NCBI RefSeq assembly: GCF_006345805.1
Contig: NC_043015.1
Coordinates: 28,954,001-29,018,000, forward strand
Length of the DNA stretch: 64,000 nt
Direction of reading: 5' to 3'
Origin: Octopus sinensis
Lineage: Eukaryota
In this document: piece by piece, positions 61,422-64,000 of the stretch
Layout: each line of letters opens with the position of its first letter
Numbering within the stretch: position 1 is the first letter of the stretch
The notes under the pieces: generated by a model
Databases searched by the model: none
Told to the model about the DNA's origin: nothing
The model's input: only the letters and a program-made list of their open reading frames with translations
Program-made: the position numbers and the translations under genes

Positions 61422-62324
61422 GTAAAAGAGAGAGAGAGAGTAAAATCTGATTTGGGTGAGACTGACTGCTATTTCTAGTAGATTCAGCACACTTGTAAAA
61501 GTCCCCTGTGATATTTATGTAGTGTATGTGCAGCCCACAACCTCACTAATCAACAATTCACAGCAGCATCTGAAATCCAGCACTCAAAGTCAACAAAACA
61601 CCAGCTAACTATAAACTGTCCTGACTCTTAGTCAAGTCAGCTGTATTCCTTCGTGGTACCTGTTTTCATTTGTATGCACCGAGTTACCTAGGACTTAATT
61701 ATCTAAATACATTACGATCACTGGTGCAAAATAATTTACAGCAGGATGTGCTGCTTAACACAAACCGCTCAACCATGAAACGAGTGTGGCATCTATCTTT
61801 CAGCTAAGGTAGGTGGAGACAAACTGAATAATATTGCATAATAAATAGATACATTATGATTTGGTAATTGAAAACATAATGGTAATTGACAAAATAATAA
61901 TAATAATGGCTTCTAATTTAGGAAGGAGATCAGCAATTCTGGAGGGAGTGGCATTAATCAATACCATCGAGTCTAGATAGAACTCCGCTTGTATTTATTT
62001 AACTATTAGTTCTGCGGGGAAGAAAGGTAAAATTCATTTCGGCAGGATATGAACTCAGAGAGTAAAAAGCCAGAACAAATATCACAGCTCAAGGCCAACC
62101 AGTGACTCGAAAGTCAATTTGGTAGAAAACTGCATGCATGCATGACTATACGTATATGTGTATTCGTTCATGTGTGACTATGTGATTGCTTGTATTTGCA
62201 CTTTTCAGAAAATTGCTAACCTACAAGTGATTTACATAGTTGTCACGTTCCTCTGAATTTTCAAAGGTATGTGGAATAAAAGATTCCTTACTCGATAGAC
62301 GAAAACTATGCTTGTATGTATGTA

Positions 62325-63190
62325 TGTATGAAGGATTCAAGGATGCCAAAACAACTCTTTTATGGAGAGTTAGCTAAAGGAGAACGACCTCCACATAAAC
62401 CAAAAAAGAGGTGTAAGGACTTGCTGAAGGTTTCCTTAACCCTTTTTGTTACCAACCCGGCTGAAACCGGCTCTGGCTTTGTAGTACAAATGTCTTGTTT
62501 TTAAAAGTTTTGAATTAAAATCTTCCACCAAACCTTTAGTCACAATTTATGTTCCTAACACTAGCTTAATTATAACTAAGTTATTTTATTAAATACTTTG
62601 TTATACTTAAAATAATTGAAAGAAACACAGAGAATCTCAAAATAAATACAGTAACGAAAGGGTTAAGAGATACTTGCATCTCTCCTGACACATGGGAAGG
62701 CATAGCTATTGATCGTAGCAGGTGGAGAAGGATTGTGCACGAGGGGACAGCCACATTTGAGAAATCTTGAGTTGCACATGAGAAAGTAAGGAGGGATGTC
62801 AGGAAGGGCATCGCTGTTACACTTCCAGAAGGGAAGGGTCTTCTTTTGATGCTGATATGCAATGTCTGTGCAAGACCCTGCCTCAGTAAAGCTGGACTCA
62901 AGAGTCATCTTCGTAGTCATAAAGCGAGACAGATGAGTGACAACCTGGCCACTGGTGGTGGTGTAACACACCATACTAATCATATCTGTCGGGCATGTGG
63001 AAGAGAGTGTAGTTCGGCTGGAGGACTTAAACGACATGCAAAGGTACATGAAACCCAGTTACAACTACAACCGGTTATTACCGGTAAAGGTTTTAGTTGC
63101 CAATTCTGCACAAGACATTGTAGATCTTTAGCTCGGCTAAAAAGTCACATTCGATCACAGCACCAGTAACAGTTAAGCTTTGTGCAATGG
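62325..63190 (+). mobile_element. RTE-like LINE 3' fragment ending in three C2H2 zinc fingers, interrupted by a TTAA MITE
   Basis: RMPKQLFYGEL..KRCKD..W..DRSRWR then CNVC, CRAC and CQFC fingers. Confidence 0.78.
62440..62662. mobile_element. TTAA-type (piggyBac-like) MITE family 1
   Basis: TTAA TSD on both sides; removing it restores the LINE frame KVSLRDT. Confidence 0.85.
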
Positions 63191-63382
63191 CCATACTGAT
63201 AACGAGGGGTATGTATGTGTATATGTATGCATGTCTGTGTGATTAGCTCACATTTGCACTTCTCTGAAAATTGATTACCTACAAGTGAATTACACAGTTG
63301 TTATGTTCCTATGTATTTTCAAACAGGTGTGTGGAATAAAAGACTCCTTACTTGAAAAACAAAACAAAAAAAAAAAACCAGC

Positions 63383-63995
63383 TAGGCGCAGGAGTGGCTG
63401 TGTGGTAAGTAGCTTGTTTACCAACCACATGGTTCCGGGTTCAGTCCCACTGCATGGCACCTTGGGCAAGTGTCTTCTACTATAGCCGACCAAAGCCTTG
63501 TGAGTAGATTTGGTAGACGGAAACTGAAAGAAGCCCGTCGTATATATGTATATATATATATGCGTGTGTGTGTTTGTCCCCCTAGCTTGCTTGACAACCG
63601 ATGCTGGTGTGTTTATGTCCCCATTACTTAGCGGTTCGGCAAAAGAGACTGATAGAATAAGTACTGGTTCTTACAAAAGAATAAGTCCCGGGGTCGAGTT
63701 GCTCGATTAAAGGCGGTGCTCTAGCATGGCCGCAGTCAAATGACTGAAACAAGTAAAAGAGTATATATATATATATAAATATATATGCGTGTGTGTGTCT
63801 GTGTTTGTCCCCCTAGCATTGCTTGACAACCGATGCTGGTGTGTTTATGTCCCCATTACTTAGCGGTTCGGCAAAAGAGACTGATAGAATAAGTACTGGT
63901 TCTTACAAAAGAATAAGTCCCGGGGTCGAGTTGCTCGATTAAAGGCGGTGCTCTAGCATGGCCGCAGTCAAATGACTGAAACAAGTAAAAGAGTA
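63383..63995 (+). mobile_element. SINE family A with a tandem duplication of its 3' half
   Basis: Both halves share private variants (tactggttcttac, ctagcatgg). Confidence 0.85.
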
Positions 63996-64000
63996 AAAAA

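Noticed and set aside
62190-63360. Diverged ~110-bp direct repeats (about 62195-62300 and 63250-63355) as LTRs around the LINE fragment
   Set aside because: No clear TG..CA ends, PBS or PPT; more likely old repeat copies that predate the LINE insertion.

Overview
Eukaryotic, AT-rich and repeat-dense DNA. The SINE content suggests an octopus or other coleoid cephalopod, which is an inference. One gene spans most of the window on the minus strand: ECM29/ECPAS, the HEAT-repeat proteasome adaptor and scaffold. I reconstructed 45 consecutive GT-AG coding exons by hand (55792 down to 196; 5005 nt, about 1668 codons) with consistent splice phases throughout. I did not find the first ~90 codons or the last exon(s), so they probably lie outside the window. 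The introns hold several tRNA-derived SINE families, a minisatellite-bearing retroposon, non-autonomous Helitrons, TTAA (piggyBac-like) and TA (pogo, mariner) DNA elements, fragments of CR1, RTE, Penelope and Hero-like LINEs, and microsatellites. Most ORFs in the supplied track are repeat artefacts. I see no convincing new protein-coding system. The most interesting signals are RNA-level: a 5S rRNA head fused to a SINE tail (candidate SINE3), several type I hammerhead-like motifs near a Penelope RT relic, a SINE dimer with a fixed junction, inverted SINE pairs that could drive dsRNA or circRNA formation, YCAY-rich tracts next to two splice donors, and an unexplained CpG-rich 205-bp tandem unit. 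Family labels A-D are my own; repeat boundaries are approximate.
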